A stretch of 64,000 nt of DNA, taken from positions 7,649 to 71,648 of the forward strand of contig CAOKEO010000002.1 of assembly GCA_948467495.1 (NCBI GenBank), in the 5' to 3' direction. The notes below the pieces were generated by a model that worked only from the letters and a program-made list of their open reading frames with translations, was not told the origin of the DNA and did no database searches. This DNA is from an uncultured Clostridium sp. (lineage in GTDB: Bacteria > Bacillota > Clostridia > TANB77 > CAG-508). Position numbers and translations under genes: made by a program. Positions 38,631 to 47,758 of the stretch are shown here, one piece after another. The stretch's first letter is position 1; the number at the start of each line of letters is the position of its first letter.

Positions 38631-41600
38631 ATGAAATTAAGCAAAAAATTCAAGAGAAGATTACAAAAAAGAGTAGTAATTTGTATGGCAAGTGTCAGTG
38701 TTTTTTTCGTACTGTTTGCTGTGGGAAGAATGTCAGGAATACCTGTGGTCTTTAACCATGAAAGGATATTAGGAAATCAAGAACAAATTAATGGTACCAC
38801 TGATGTAAGTGAAAAAGATACAACCCTGGAAAAGGTAAGTAGAACCATATCATATTCAGGCGAAAGATTACAAAATACAGATACCATAACTTATATTTAT
38901 GATGCCAATGATTTAGCTACTTTCCGAGATAGTGTTAATATCGGAAATAGTTATGAAGGAAAAAAAGTTTATGTTATGGCAGATATCGATATGAGTAGTG
39001 TATGTTCAGACACAGTTGGTACATGGGAACCAATTGGAAATGGAAATAGCAATCGATTTGCAGGAACATTTGATGGAAATTATCATAGGATACGTAATTT
39101 ATATATTAATAATAGCACAAGGTCTTATGAAGGTTTATTTAACATAATACCAAATACTGGTATAGTACAAAATGTGATTTTGGAAAATGTGAATATTTTA
39201 GCCATACGTAATGAAGCAACTGGTGATTTACACAGTGGAGGAATTGCAGCTTCTAATAATGGAACTATCTTAAATTGTGGGATAGAAAGTGGAAGTATTA
39301 TAGGTAGAAAAACCAAAGTAAATACAGCTGCTAATACATGGCCAGGACCAAGAAGTGGTGGAATAGCAGGCATAAATAATGGAACAATAGCTGGATGTTA
39401 TAATAAGGCTACAATTGAATCCTATTCTCCAACTTCAAATGGTGAAAATGAAATGTTTGCTGGAGGAATTGCCGGAGGAAATTATTATAAAAGCATAGAA
39501 AATTGTTATAACACAGGTCGTGTAACAGGTTCTTCCTATGCTGTCTATATTGGTGGCATTGTAGGACATACACAATTAGCTGAAAACAAGATAGCTGCTA
39601 TAAAAAATTGTTATAATTATGGAACCATTACAGCAGGTAATGCAACCATTAAACGTGTAGGAGGAATAGCAGGAAGAAGTGGTTGGAGTGCATCAGCCTA
39701 TGCCATGCCAATTACTAATTGTTATACAACTGATAATGTTACCTATTCTTATAGTTATTGGAATGGTTCAACAATAGCCAATTCAACAGCAGGAAAAGTA
39801 GCAGCCAATACTTTAAAAACATACACTGTTAAATTAGGTTCAGATTTTGCATATGATGTGTACCATAAAAATGCTGCCTATCCGGTGCTAACTTGGGAAA
39901 ATAAAACGCCAGTTATGAGTTTGGATAAAAATCAAGCTTATATAAAAGTAAATGAAACATTACCATTACAGATAGCAAAAGAGGATGTAATTGGAAAGCT
40001 AATTGACAATAAGTTTCAAGCATCTAATTTTACATGGAGTAGTACCAATGAAGAGGTAGCCACAGTAGATGAAAATGGTGTAGTAACTGGTTTATCAGAT
40101 GGCTATACAACAGTGTATGCTTACCAGGAAGAGAAAGATTTATATGCCATGATGGTTGTGAATGTAGCCAAAGATTTTGCTAATCCACAAATAGCAACAG
40201 GAAATGGATTTACAACTATTTTGAAAGCAGATGGAACCGTATGGACACTTGGTAATAATCAAGATGGTCAATTAGGAAATGGTACCAATGAGAATCGTAA
40301 TACGCCAGGAAAGGTATGCATAGATGAAAATACGGAATTAACCAATGTTGTGAAAATAGCAGTAGGTACAGATCACGTGTTAGCCCTAACAAAAGAAGGA
40401 AAAGTTTATAGTTGGGGACAAAATAGTAATGGTCAATTAGGTGTTAATGACACAACTTCTTCTCCTTATGCAAAAGTTGTTTTAGGAGAAGAAGGAGAAG
40501 GATTTTTAACAGATATTGTTGATATTTCAGCTGGTGCCAATGGCAGTGCAGCAATTGATAAAACGGGAAATTTGTATGTATGGGGCAAAGGATCTGATGG
40601 AGAAATTGGAAATAATACAAAAGATTCTAAATATGTACCAACTAAAAATGGAGTAGAAAAAGCAATACAAGTGTCAATTGGAGGAAGAGGAAGCGTAGCT
40701 GCTTTAACAGCAGATGGTGTACAATGGTCATGGGGATTTAATGGAGCATCATCACTTGGTATTAATTGTTTTGATAGTACTTCTTATCCAATGAAAACAG
40801 CACTAAATGTAACAGAAGTTTCATTTTCTACTTATCATTCTATCATTAAAAAAGTAGATGGCATGGTATATGGAGCAGGAGAGAATAGTCATGGAAGATT
40901 AGGAATTGGAACAGAAGCAAGTCTTAAAACCTATACCAAGTTAAATCTTCCTCAAGCAGTAACACAATCAAATCCAGTAAAATATATTGGTGCAGGAAGG
41001 ACAAATACAATTTTATTATTGACGGATGGAACCATATGGGAAACAGGAACCAATGGGAAAGGGCAGTTAGGAAATGGAACGACTACTGATTCAGACGGAT
41101 TTGTACAAGGATTGATAGCAAGTAATACACCATTAGAAAATATCTTAACAATTGGAAAAAATGCTGGGTTAGAATCTAAGGGAGATGCTTTAAACACTGC
41201 TATTATCACAAAAAATGGAGATATTTATACAACAGGGGATAATAATTATGGACAAATTGGTGATGGAACTACGACTAACTCTACTTATTACAAAAAAATA
41301 GGATTTCTAAATTTAGAATATGAAGATAAGACGATTTATATGGAGGGAACAGAAAGTCAAATTGAACTAAATAAATTAAAATATGTTGGTGAAGCATCCT
41401 TGAATGCCTATGAAGATAAAAGCATATCATTAGGAGAAATTGAATTTACTTCTTTGAATGAAAACATAGTAACAGTTGATGAAAATGGAAAAATAGTTGC
41501 AAAAGGAAATAAAACAGGAAGTGTAGAAATTAAAATAGAAGATATAACTAATGGCTATGAAACATATGTAACTGTAATTGTAGATAAATTACAAAATACA

Positions 41601-44600
41601 GATACCATTACTTATATTTATAATGTCAATGATTTAATAAAATTTAGAGATAGTGTAAATGCTGGTAATGATTATGCTGGAAAAATGGTGTATGTAATGG
41701 CAGATATTGACCTAAGTACAGTATGTTCTGAAACATTAGGTTCTTTTATCCCAATTGGTGCTACAGGAAAGAATTTTGCGGGAACCTTTAATGGAAAATA
41801 CCATACCATAAGTAATTTATATGTAAGAGAAAAGGCATACAGTGCAATTGGTCTATTTAGTCAAACTCATAGAATATCAATTATTAAAAATCTTATCATG
41901 GAAAATGTAGAGATATATAATGAACACAGTGTAGTGTCAAATTCTGTTTTTGCGGGAGGAATTGTAGGATTACACAAAGGAGAAATTATAAATTGTGGAA
42001 TTAATAGTGGAACCATAACAGGAATTAAGGCAATAGCCTATACAGGAAATAGTTATGTAGGAACTCAAGTAGGAGGAATAGTAGGTTGTGGACAAGGCAA
42101 AATAAGTAGTTGTTATAATAAAGCCAATATTATAGCAAAGGCATCCAAAAATAACTATCCAAATGAAGCATTTGCAGGAGGAATTATAGGAGTTTTAGAT
42201 ACAGAAGGTAATGTATTAAATTGCTACAGTACAGGTAATCTTAGTGCAGAAGGATATCAAGCATTTACAGGAGGGATAATAGCATCTGCCAATAAGGTTT
42301 CTAATAAACAGTCTATAAAAAATTCTTATGGAACAGGAACAACCAAAGCAACAGGGGGGTACGACTCTTTTGCAGGAGGAATTATTGGAAGAACTGGTTG
42401 GTCTTCAACTTATCCAGCAATAACAATGAATAATATATATTGTACAACCAATAATACCTATTCTTATTATTATTGGAATGGAAGCAGAGTAGTAAATTCA
42501 ACAGCTGGAAGAGTGGCACCAGAAACGCTAAAAACGTATGCGACAACATTAGGAAGTGCATATACAAGTGATTCTATTAATATCAATAATGGATATCCTA
42601 TACTTAAATGGGAATTACCACGATATCGAATTATAGAAAACCAAGAATATATTAGAATGGGACAAAGTCGCGAGCTTACTTTAGAAAGAATTATGTTCCG
42701 AGAAGAGTTCGAAGACAATGAAGAGAATATCGAATGGACATCTTCTAATGGAGAAGTAGCAACTGTTGATGAGAGCGGAAGAGTGACAGGAAAAGGAATA
42801 GGTCATACTACCATAACAGCTTATAATTCTAAAAATGGATTGAAAACAAGAGCGATTATTCATGTTTATGGTAATCAAAAGAATGCTATTACAATTCCAC
42901 AAATTGTAGAACAAGAAGGTTCAACTATTGTATTAAAAGAAGATGGAACAGTATGGTCATCAGGATTAAATGATAAAGGTCAATTAGGTGATGGAACGAC
43001 TACAAATCGTAATATGCCAGTTCAAGTAAAAATAACAGAAGATACTTATCTAACTGATGTTATAAAATTAACAGCAGGTGATCATGAAGGCGTAGTTGCT
43101 TTAACAAAAAATGGAGAAGTTTATGGATGGGGAAGTAATGTGTATGGAAATTTAGCAACTGGAAATCAAGAAAAACAAGTTTATGCTCATAAAATGGAAA
43201 TCGGTGGCAATTATAAGATAATTGATGTAACAAGTAGTAATATGATGACACATGTATTAACAGAAAATGGCGATGTTTATTATGTAGGAACTTGTATATA
43301 TGATGGTTATAATTATAATAACGAACAAACAACTACTTACATTTTTAAAGAAATGCCAGAATTAGAAGATACCATAAAATTAGAAAGCTATGGTTCTTTC
43401 ACTGGAACTCATATGGCTATGAAAAGTGATGGATTAACATTAGGATGGGGGTATGACAGATGGGGGCAATTAGCACAAGGAACAACAACCCAAATAAGAA
43501 ATTTGACATTAGTTGGTACAGATATTGTTGATGTAGAAGTAGGAGACTATGCAACTATTGTACAAAAAGAAGATGGAGAATTTTATACTGCTGGTGAAAG
43601 TAGATATGGAGGAACAGGAGTAGGAACTACAAATATTATAACGACATTCCAAAAGCTTAGTTTACCAAATAACGAAAATGGTGGTACTAGAAAAATAGTA
43701 AAGGCACAAAGACAAGGTTATAACACAGTTGTATTAGCATCTGATAAAACCGTATGGGCAAGTGGATTAAATGCAGTAGGACAATTATCACAAGGAAATA
43801 CAACTAATACGAGTACATTTGTCCAATTGAAGAATAACGAAACAGAATATTTAGAAAATGCAATTGATATATCTTCTGGAGAAGTTTTCGGAGATTCGAA
43901 AACAAGAAGTGCTAATATTGGAATTATCAAAGAAGATGGGACCGTATGGCTATCAGGTGATAATACCAATGGGCAAATAGGTAATGGTACGACAGAAAGT
44001 TCAACTTATCTAACACAAATGCATCCTGCTTTCTTAAAATATCCACAAGATACTATCACCATAAGCGTTGGTGGGTACCAAAAAATCGATAAATTATTAT
44101 GGGAAAGACAAGAAGATTTTAACGTATTTATCAAAGAAGCATCCACATTAGGAGACTTGAATTATGAAATAGAAGATGAGGAAATAGCTACCATAACAAG
44201 TTTGGGTATGATAGAAGGAAAGAAACAGGGAACAACTAAAGTAAAAGTAACTGATAGTAACACAAATGTGACCACAGATATAACAATAAAAGTAATAGGT
44301 GTTAATTTAAAAACTGTGATGGTAAATGATACAGAAGTACTTCCAGAAGAAACAGATAAATATCAATACAAAAACAACATTAAAAAGTTGGATACTAGGG
44401 TAAAAGTAAAAGTTACGACAGAATATGAAGGATCAGAAATCAAGATTGGCGAACAGGAAAAAGAAATAGGGGTATCAGAACAATGGATTGATGTAAGCCT
44501 AGAAGAGGATGTTATTACAATACCAGTAATGGTTATGACAAACTTAGGAGAAACGATAACAAGGGAAACTTACTATATAATATTAACCAGACAATCGAAT

Positions 44601-46469
44601 GATACAAGTGCTATAGTTAGTTATAACGAGACACAACTAACAAAAGAAAAAGATGGGAACTATAAAGTTAATATTTTGGATACCGCAGAAACAGGAAAAA
44701 TCAAAGTAGTAACTAATCATGAAAAAGCAAAAGTAGATATTGGAAATACAACACAATATGAAGAAGGTTCAAAAGAGTACATGATAACAATTCCTTCTAA
44801 TATAACTCAAAAAGTGATAGAAGTGCCAATTTCTATTATGGCAGAAGATGGAACCATAGAAAATAGCACAGTTGTTATAACTATCATAGAAACGAATACA
44901 AAGACAGCTAAAGTAGAGGGAACCTATGAATTAGAAGGAAAAGAAATCACAAAACAAGCAACAATTGATGAACAGGGGAACTATCTAATTGGAGTAAAAG
45001 AAAACACCAAAGAAATTGAACTAAAAATAACAGCAGAAAGTCAATATGCGACAATTACAAGAGGAATCGAATCAGGAAAAGGAGAACTGATAACAAAATC
45101 TACTCTTGAAAATGTTGTAACATGCGTCAATTATGAAGTAACAGCAGAAGACGGAAAAACAACTGTACAAAAGACAATTAAGATAGTAAAACAATCATCA
45201 GATGCAGAAATAGAAAGTATCTTAGTAGATGGAAAAGAAGCTATGATAGAGGAAGATGGAATTTATCGTGCAACCGTAGAAGGAGGAAGTAAAGGAGCAA
45301 AGGTTATTATTACAGCAACAAGTAAAGTGGCGACAATAGAAATGAGTGGAATTGCTAATCCAAATACAAATAAAGCAGTATTAGATACTATTGTGGCTAT
45401 TAATACAATACAAAATACTTATACGATTACTGTAACAGCAGAAGATGGCACCATAAAAATATATACTTTGAAAATAGATAGACAAACCAATATAGCAGGA
45501 AAAATTATAACAGAAAATGTAGAGGGAAAACATAAAGCAATCGTAATAGTTTATAAAACCAGTGATAAGAATCCAGAAACCAATACAACAAAGCAAGATA
45601 GCAGAGAAATCATTGCTAGACAAGAAACAAAAGAAGATGGAACCTATGTAGTAGCAGTAGAAGATATGGAACCATATGATATAGTCATTACAAAACTAGG
45701 ATACTTAGACTATAGAGTTACAGAAATAGAAGTAGAAAAAGGAGAAAAAACAGAACTAAAAGAAGTTAAATTAATAGCTGGAGATGTAGTCAAATCAGGT
45801 CAAATTGAGATTGATGATTTAGTAGCCTTGAATGATAACTTTGGAGTGATTATTACAGACGAAAACAGAGACCAAAAGGCAATTTATGATTTGAATGAGG
45901 ATGGAAAAGTAGATGACTTAGATAGAGAAATTCTTAAGAAAAATTATGGTAAGAAAAATAAACTAGAACAATGGGAAGATCCAAAGAGAATTAGAAGAAT
46001 GAGAACAAGGAGAGTAGCAAATTTAATAGAAGGACAACCAACCTTTATTCTACCAATCAAAGGTAACTATAAAATAACATCAGAATATGGAACTAGGACA
46101 CATCCAGTAACAGGAGTTGTAAAAAAACATACTGGTATAGACTTAGGAGGAGAGCATCGAACAGAAATTTACGCAGTAGCAAATGGAGAAGTAGTATTTG
46201 CAGGTGTACAAAATGCATTTGGTAATTGCATTGAAATAAAACACGAAGTAGATGGGGAAGTAATATATAGCTTCTATGCACATTTATCTAGAATAGATGT
46301 AAAAGTAGGACAAGAGGTAAATCAAGGAGAAGTAATTGCTTTAGAAGGAGGAGACCCAAATACAGATCCAAATCCAGGAAGTAGTACAGGACATCACTTA
46401 CATTTTGAATTAAGAAATAAAAGCGGATATGGAAATGATGTTAATCCAAGAGATTACATAGATTTTTAA
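38631..46469 (+). CDS. Giant secreted multidomain protein (2612 aa): 2 x [GLUG/beta-helix-like - Big_2 - RCC1 propeller - Big_2], cadherin-like repeats, CarboxypepD_reg-like domain, dockerin, C-terminal M23 peptidase
   Basis: N-terminal signal anchor. Repeated GGIAG...NCYN units. Many GQLGNGT RCC1 blades. VATVDENG Big_2 signatures. Dockerin-like YDLNEDGKVDDLDREILKKNYG. M23 motifs HTGIDLGG and GHHLHFELR. No in-frame CGG. Confidence 0.85.
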   Translation: MKLSKKFKRRLQKRVVICMASVSVFFVLFAVGRMSGIPVVFNHERILGNQEQINGTTDVSEKDTTLEKVSRTISYSGERLQNTDTITYIYDANDLATFRDSVNIGNSYEGKKVYVMADIDMSSVCSDTVGTWEPIGNGNSNRFAGTFDGNYHRIRNLYINNSTRSYEGLFNIIPNTGIVQNVILENVNILAIRNEATGDLHSGGIAASNNGTILNCGIESGSIIGRKTKVNTAANTWPGPRSGGIAGINNGTIAGCYNKATIESYSPTSNGENEMFAGGIAGGNYYKSIENCYNTGRVTGSSYAVYIGGIVGHTQLAENKIAAIKNCYNYGTITAGNATIKRVGGIAGRSGWSASAYAMPITNCYTTDNVTYSYSYWNGSTIANSTAGKVAANTLKTYTVKLGSDFAYDVYHKNAAYPVLTWENKTPVMSLDKNQAYIKVNETLPLQIAKEDVIGKLIDNKFQASNFTWSSTNEEVATVDENGVVTGLSDGYTTVYAYQEEKDLYAMMVVNVAKDFANPQIATGNGFTTILKADGTVWTLGNNQDGQLGNGTNENRNTPGKVCIDENTELTNVVKIAVGTDHVLALTKEGKVYSWGQNSNGQLGVNDTTSSPYAKVVLGEEGEGFLTDIVDISAGANGSAAIDKTGNLYVWGKGSDGEIGNNTKDSKYVPTKNGVEKAIQVSIGGRGSVAALTADGVQWSWGFNGASSLGINCFDSTSYPMKTALNVTEVSFSTYHSIIKKVDGMVYGAGENSHGRLGIGTEASLKTYTKLNLPQAVTQSNPVKYIGAGRTNTILLLTDGTIWETGTNGKGQLGNGTTTDSDGFVQGLIASNTPLENILTIGKNAGLESKGDALNTAIITKNGDIYTTGDNNYGQIGDGTTTNSTYYKKIGFLNLEYEDKTIYMEGTESQIELNKLKYVGEASLNAYEDKSISLGEIEFTSLNENIVTVDENGKIVAKGNKTGSVEIKIEDITNGYETYVTVIVDKLQNTDTITYIYNVNDLIKFRDSVNAGNDYAGKMVYVMADIDLSTVCSETLGSFIPIGATGKNFAGTFNGKYHTISNLYVREKAYSAIGLFSQTHRISIIKNLIMENVEIYNEHSVVSNSVFAGGIVGLHKGEIINCGINSGTITGIKAIAYTGNSYVGTQVGGIVGCGQGKISSCYNKANIIAKASKNNYPNEAFAGGIIGVLDTEGNVLNCYSTGNLSAEGYQAFTGGIIASANKVSNKQSIKNSYGTGTTKATGGYDSFAGGIIGRTGWSSTYPAITMNNIYCTTNNTYSYYYWNGSRVVNSTAGRVAPETLKTYATTLGSAYTSDSININNGYPILKWELPRYRIIENQEYIRMGQSRELTLERIMFREEFEDNEENIEWTSSNGEVATVDESGRVTGKGIGHTTITAYNSKNGLKTRAIIHVYGNQKNAITIPQIVEQEGSTIVLKEDGTVWSSGLNDKGQLGDGTTTNRNMPVQVKITEDTYLTDVIKLTAGDHEGVVALTKNGEVYGWGSNVYGNLATGNQEKQVYAHKMEIGGNYKIIDVTSSNMMTHVLTENGDVYYVGTCIYDGYNYNNEQTTTYIFKEMPELEDTIKLESYGSFTGTHMAMKSDGLTLGWGYDRWGQLAQGTTTQIRNLTLVGTDIVDVEVGDYATIVQKEDGEFYTAGESRYGGTGVGTTNIITTFQKLSLPNNENGGTRKIVKAQRQGYNTVVLASDKTVWASGLNAVGQLSQGNTTNTSTFVQLKNNETEYLENAIDISSGEVFGDSKTRSANIGIIKEDGTVWLSGDNTNGQIGNGTTESSTYLTQMHPAFLKYPQDTITISVGGYQKIDKLLWERQEDFNVFIKEASTLGDLNYEIEDEEIATITSLGMIEGKKQGTTKVKVTDSNTNVTTDITIKVIGVNLKTVMVNDTEVLPEETDKYQYKNNIKKLDTRVKVKVTTEYEGSEIKIGEQEKEIGVSEQWIDVSLEEDVITIPVMVMTNLGETITRETYYIILTRQSNDTSAIVSYNETQLTKEKDGNYKVNILDTAETGKIKVVTNHEKAKVDIGNTTQYEEGSKEYMITIPSNITQKVIEVPISIMAEDGTIENSTVVITIIETNTKTAKVEGTYELEGKEITKQATIDEQGNYLIGVKENTKEIELKITAESQYATITRGIESGKGELITKSTLENVVTCVNYEVTAEDGKTTVQKTIKIVKQSSDAEIESILVDGKEAMIEEDGIYRATVEGGSKGAKVIITATSKVATIEMSGIANPNTNKAVLDTIVAINTIQNTYTITVTAEDGTIKIYTLKIDRQTNIAGKIITENVEGKHKAIVIVYKTSDKNPETNTTKQDSREIIARQETKEDGTYVVAVEDMEPYDIVITKLGYLDYRVTEIEVEKGEKTELKEVKLIAGDVVKSGQIEIDDLVALNDNFGVIITDENRDQKAIYDLNEDGKVDDLDREILKKNYGKKNKLEQWEDPKRIRRMRTRRVANLIEGQPTFILPIKGNYKITSEYGTRTHPVTGVVKKHTGIDLGGEHRTEIYAVANGEVVFAGVQNAFGNCIEIKHEVDGEVIYSFYAHLSRIDVKVGQEVNQGEVIALEGGDPNTDPNPGSSTGHHLHFELRNKSGYGNDVNPRDYIDF

Positions 46470-46485
46470 TAAGTATTAGTATGTT

Positions 46486-46526
46486 AAAAGGAGAGGAATT
46501 AGTTTTATCTAATGAATCTCCTTTTG
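46486..46526 (+). terminator. Rho-independent terminator after the giant gene
   Basis: aaaaggagaggaattag-ttttat-ctaatgaatctcctttt, an imperfect long hairpin followed by a T-rich tail. Confidence 0.55.
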
Positions 46527-46685
46527 TCTTTTAGGCAATAAGAAACAGTTATTTAAAATGAATGGATGAAAAGCGTCTCCTAAAAAATTTTTAAACAAGC
46601 TCGGGGCGAGCTAATCATCGCAGAAATTCTAAATCCATTTTTTGGCACTCTTCCAAGACAAGCTTGAACACTTTCTAAAAAAGTG

Positions 46686-46714
46686 TTGACATAAAATGTA
46701 AAATAAAGTATAAT
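46686..46714 (+). promoter_or_regulatory. Consensus sigma-A promoter (TTGACA-17-TATAAT)
   Basis: ttgaca 46686-46691, 17-nt spacer, tataat 46709-46714. The -35 is overlapped by the 8-bp inverted repeat aacacttt/aaagtgtt. About 100-nt leader to the CAP-domain gene. Confidence 0.6.
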
Positions 46715-46821
46715 AATAATGTCGGTTATAAAAAGGAATAACACAAATCACTACAGATAAACTAAATAGAGACACAAAACTTAGAGAAAATAAAAGAAAA
46801 AAGTTAAGGGATGTGTATAAT

Positions 46822-47346
46822 ATGAAAATATCAAAAAGAGAAATTGGTATTTTATTTATTTTTGTAATGGTTATTTTAATAGAAAGTATTTCTTGGGCAA
46901 CTTATCAAACGGCAGTTTTAGAAGACACAAATCAAAAAAGTAGGAAAGAACAAGAGGAAGTTATTTTAACACAAGAGGAACAAGAAACATTAGATTTAAT
47001 TAATAAATATAGACTTCAAAATGGTTTGAATGGTCTAAAGCCATTTTCGGATTTACAAAAGGTAGCAAAATTAAAGGCGAAAGATTTAGTAGAAAATGAT
47101 TATTTTTCTCATACATCTGACCATTTAGGAAATCCATTTGAAATGCTAAAAAAGAATGGTATTGATTATTCATTAGCAGGAGAAAATTTGGCTGGAAATA
47201 TAAATCCTCAAAAAGCGGTAGAGGCATGGATAAATTCACCTTCACACAGAGAGAATATTTTGGAGAGTGAATTTGAATATACAGGGATTTGTGTAGTAGA
47301 AAGTCCTATTTATAGAAAAATATTTGTTCAGTTATTTATGGAATGA
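46822..47346 (+). CDS. Secreted CAP/SCP (YkwD-like) domain protein
   Basis: Signal peptide. LINKYRLQNGLNGLKPFSDLQKVAKLKAKDLVENDYFSHTS ... AVEAWINSPSHRENIL is the CAP-domain signature. ATG 46822 is preferred over GTG 46813. Confidence 0.75.
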   Translation: MKISKREIGILFIFVMVILIESISWATYQTAVLEDTNQKSRKEQEEVILTQEEQETLDLINKYRLQNGLNGLKPFSDLQKVAKLKAKDLVENDYFSHTSDHLGNPFEMLKKNGIDYSLAGENLAGNINPQKAVEAWINSPSHRENILESEFEYTGICVVESPIYRKIFVQLFME

Positions 47347-47698
47347 TATCAATTGAATAGAAAAATTTTAATGAAAAGTACTTCAAAACGCTATATGCGT
47401 AAGGAGTACTTTTTTTGTTCTAGAAAATGCATTTCACACAAAGTTTTTTATAAAAATTTTGGCGGATGGATTAATAGGAGGCATGAAAAGTAGCTAAAAA
47501 TTTAAAAGATTTAATTATGACTTTTTTATCTTGTGTATTAGATACTACGGAAATAAGAGTTGAGGGTATTGAGTGAAGAAAATTGTAATATTTGTCACTT
47601 TAATTTTATCTAATTTTAATAATATGTACTCGAAGAGGAAACAAAAACAATCCGTAGCAAAAGAGGAAAAAAGTAAAAAAATGTTGAAATATGTCGAA

Positions 47699-47727
47699 TT
47701 GACACTGCTTTTTTATCACCTTATAAT
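47699..47727 (+). promoter_or_regulatory. Consensus sigma-A promoter (TTGACA-17-TATAAT)
   Basis: ttgaca 47699-47704, 17-nt spacer, tataat 47722-47727. 32 nt upstream of ATG 47759. Confidence 0.6.
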
Positions 47728-47758
47728 AAAAATATAGATAAAAACAAAAGAGAGGAGA

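Noticed and set aside
47573-47737. 54-codon GTG-initiated ORF (MKKIVIFVTLILSNFNN...) upstream of the cohesin adaptor gene
   Set aside because: It overlaps the consensus promoter at 47699-47727, has no recognisable family and is short. It may be a real small membrane peptide, but the sequence alone does not support it.
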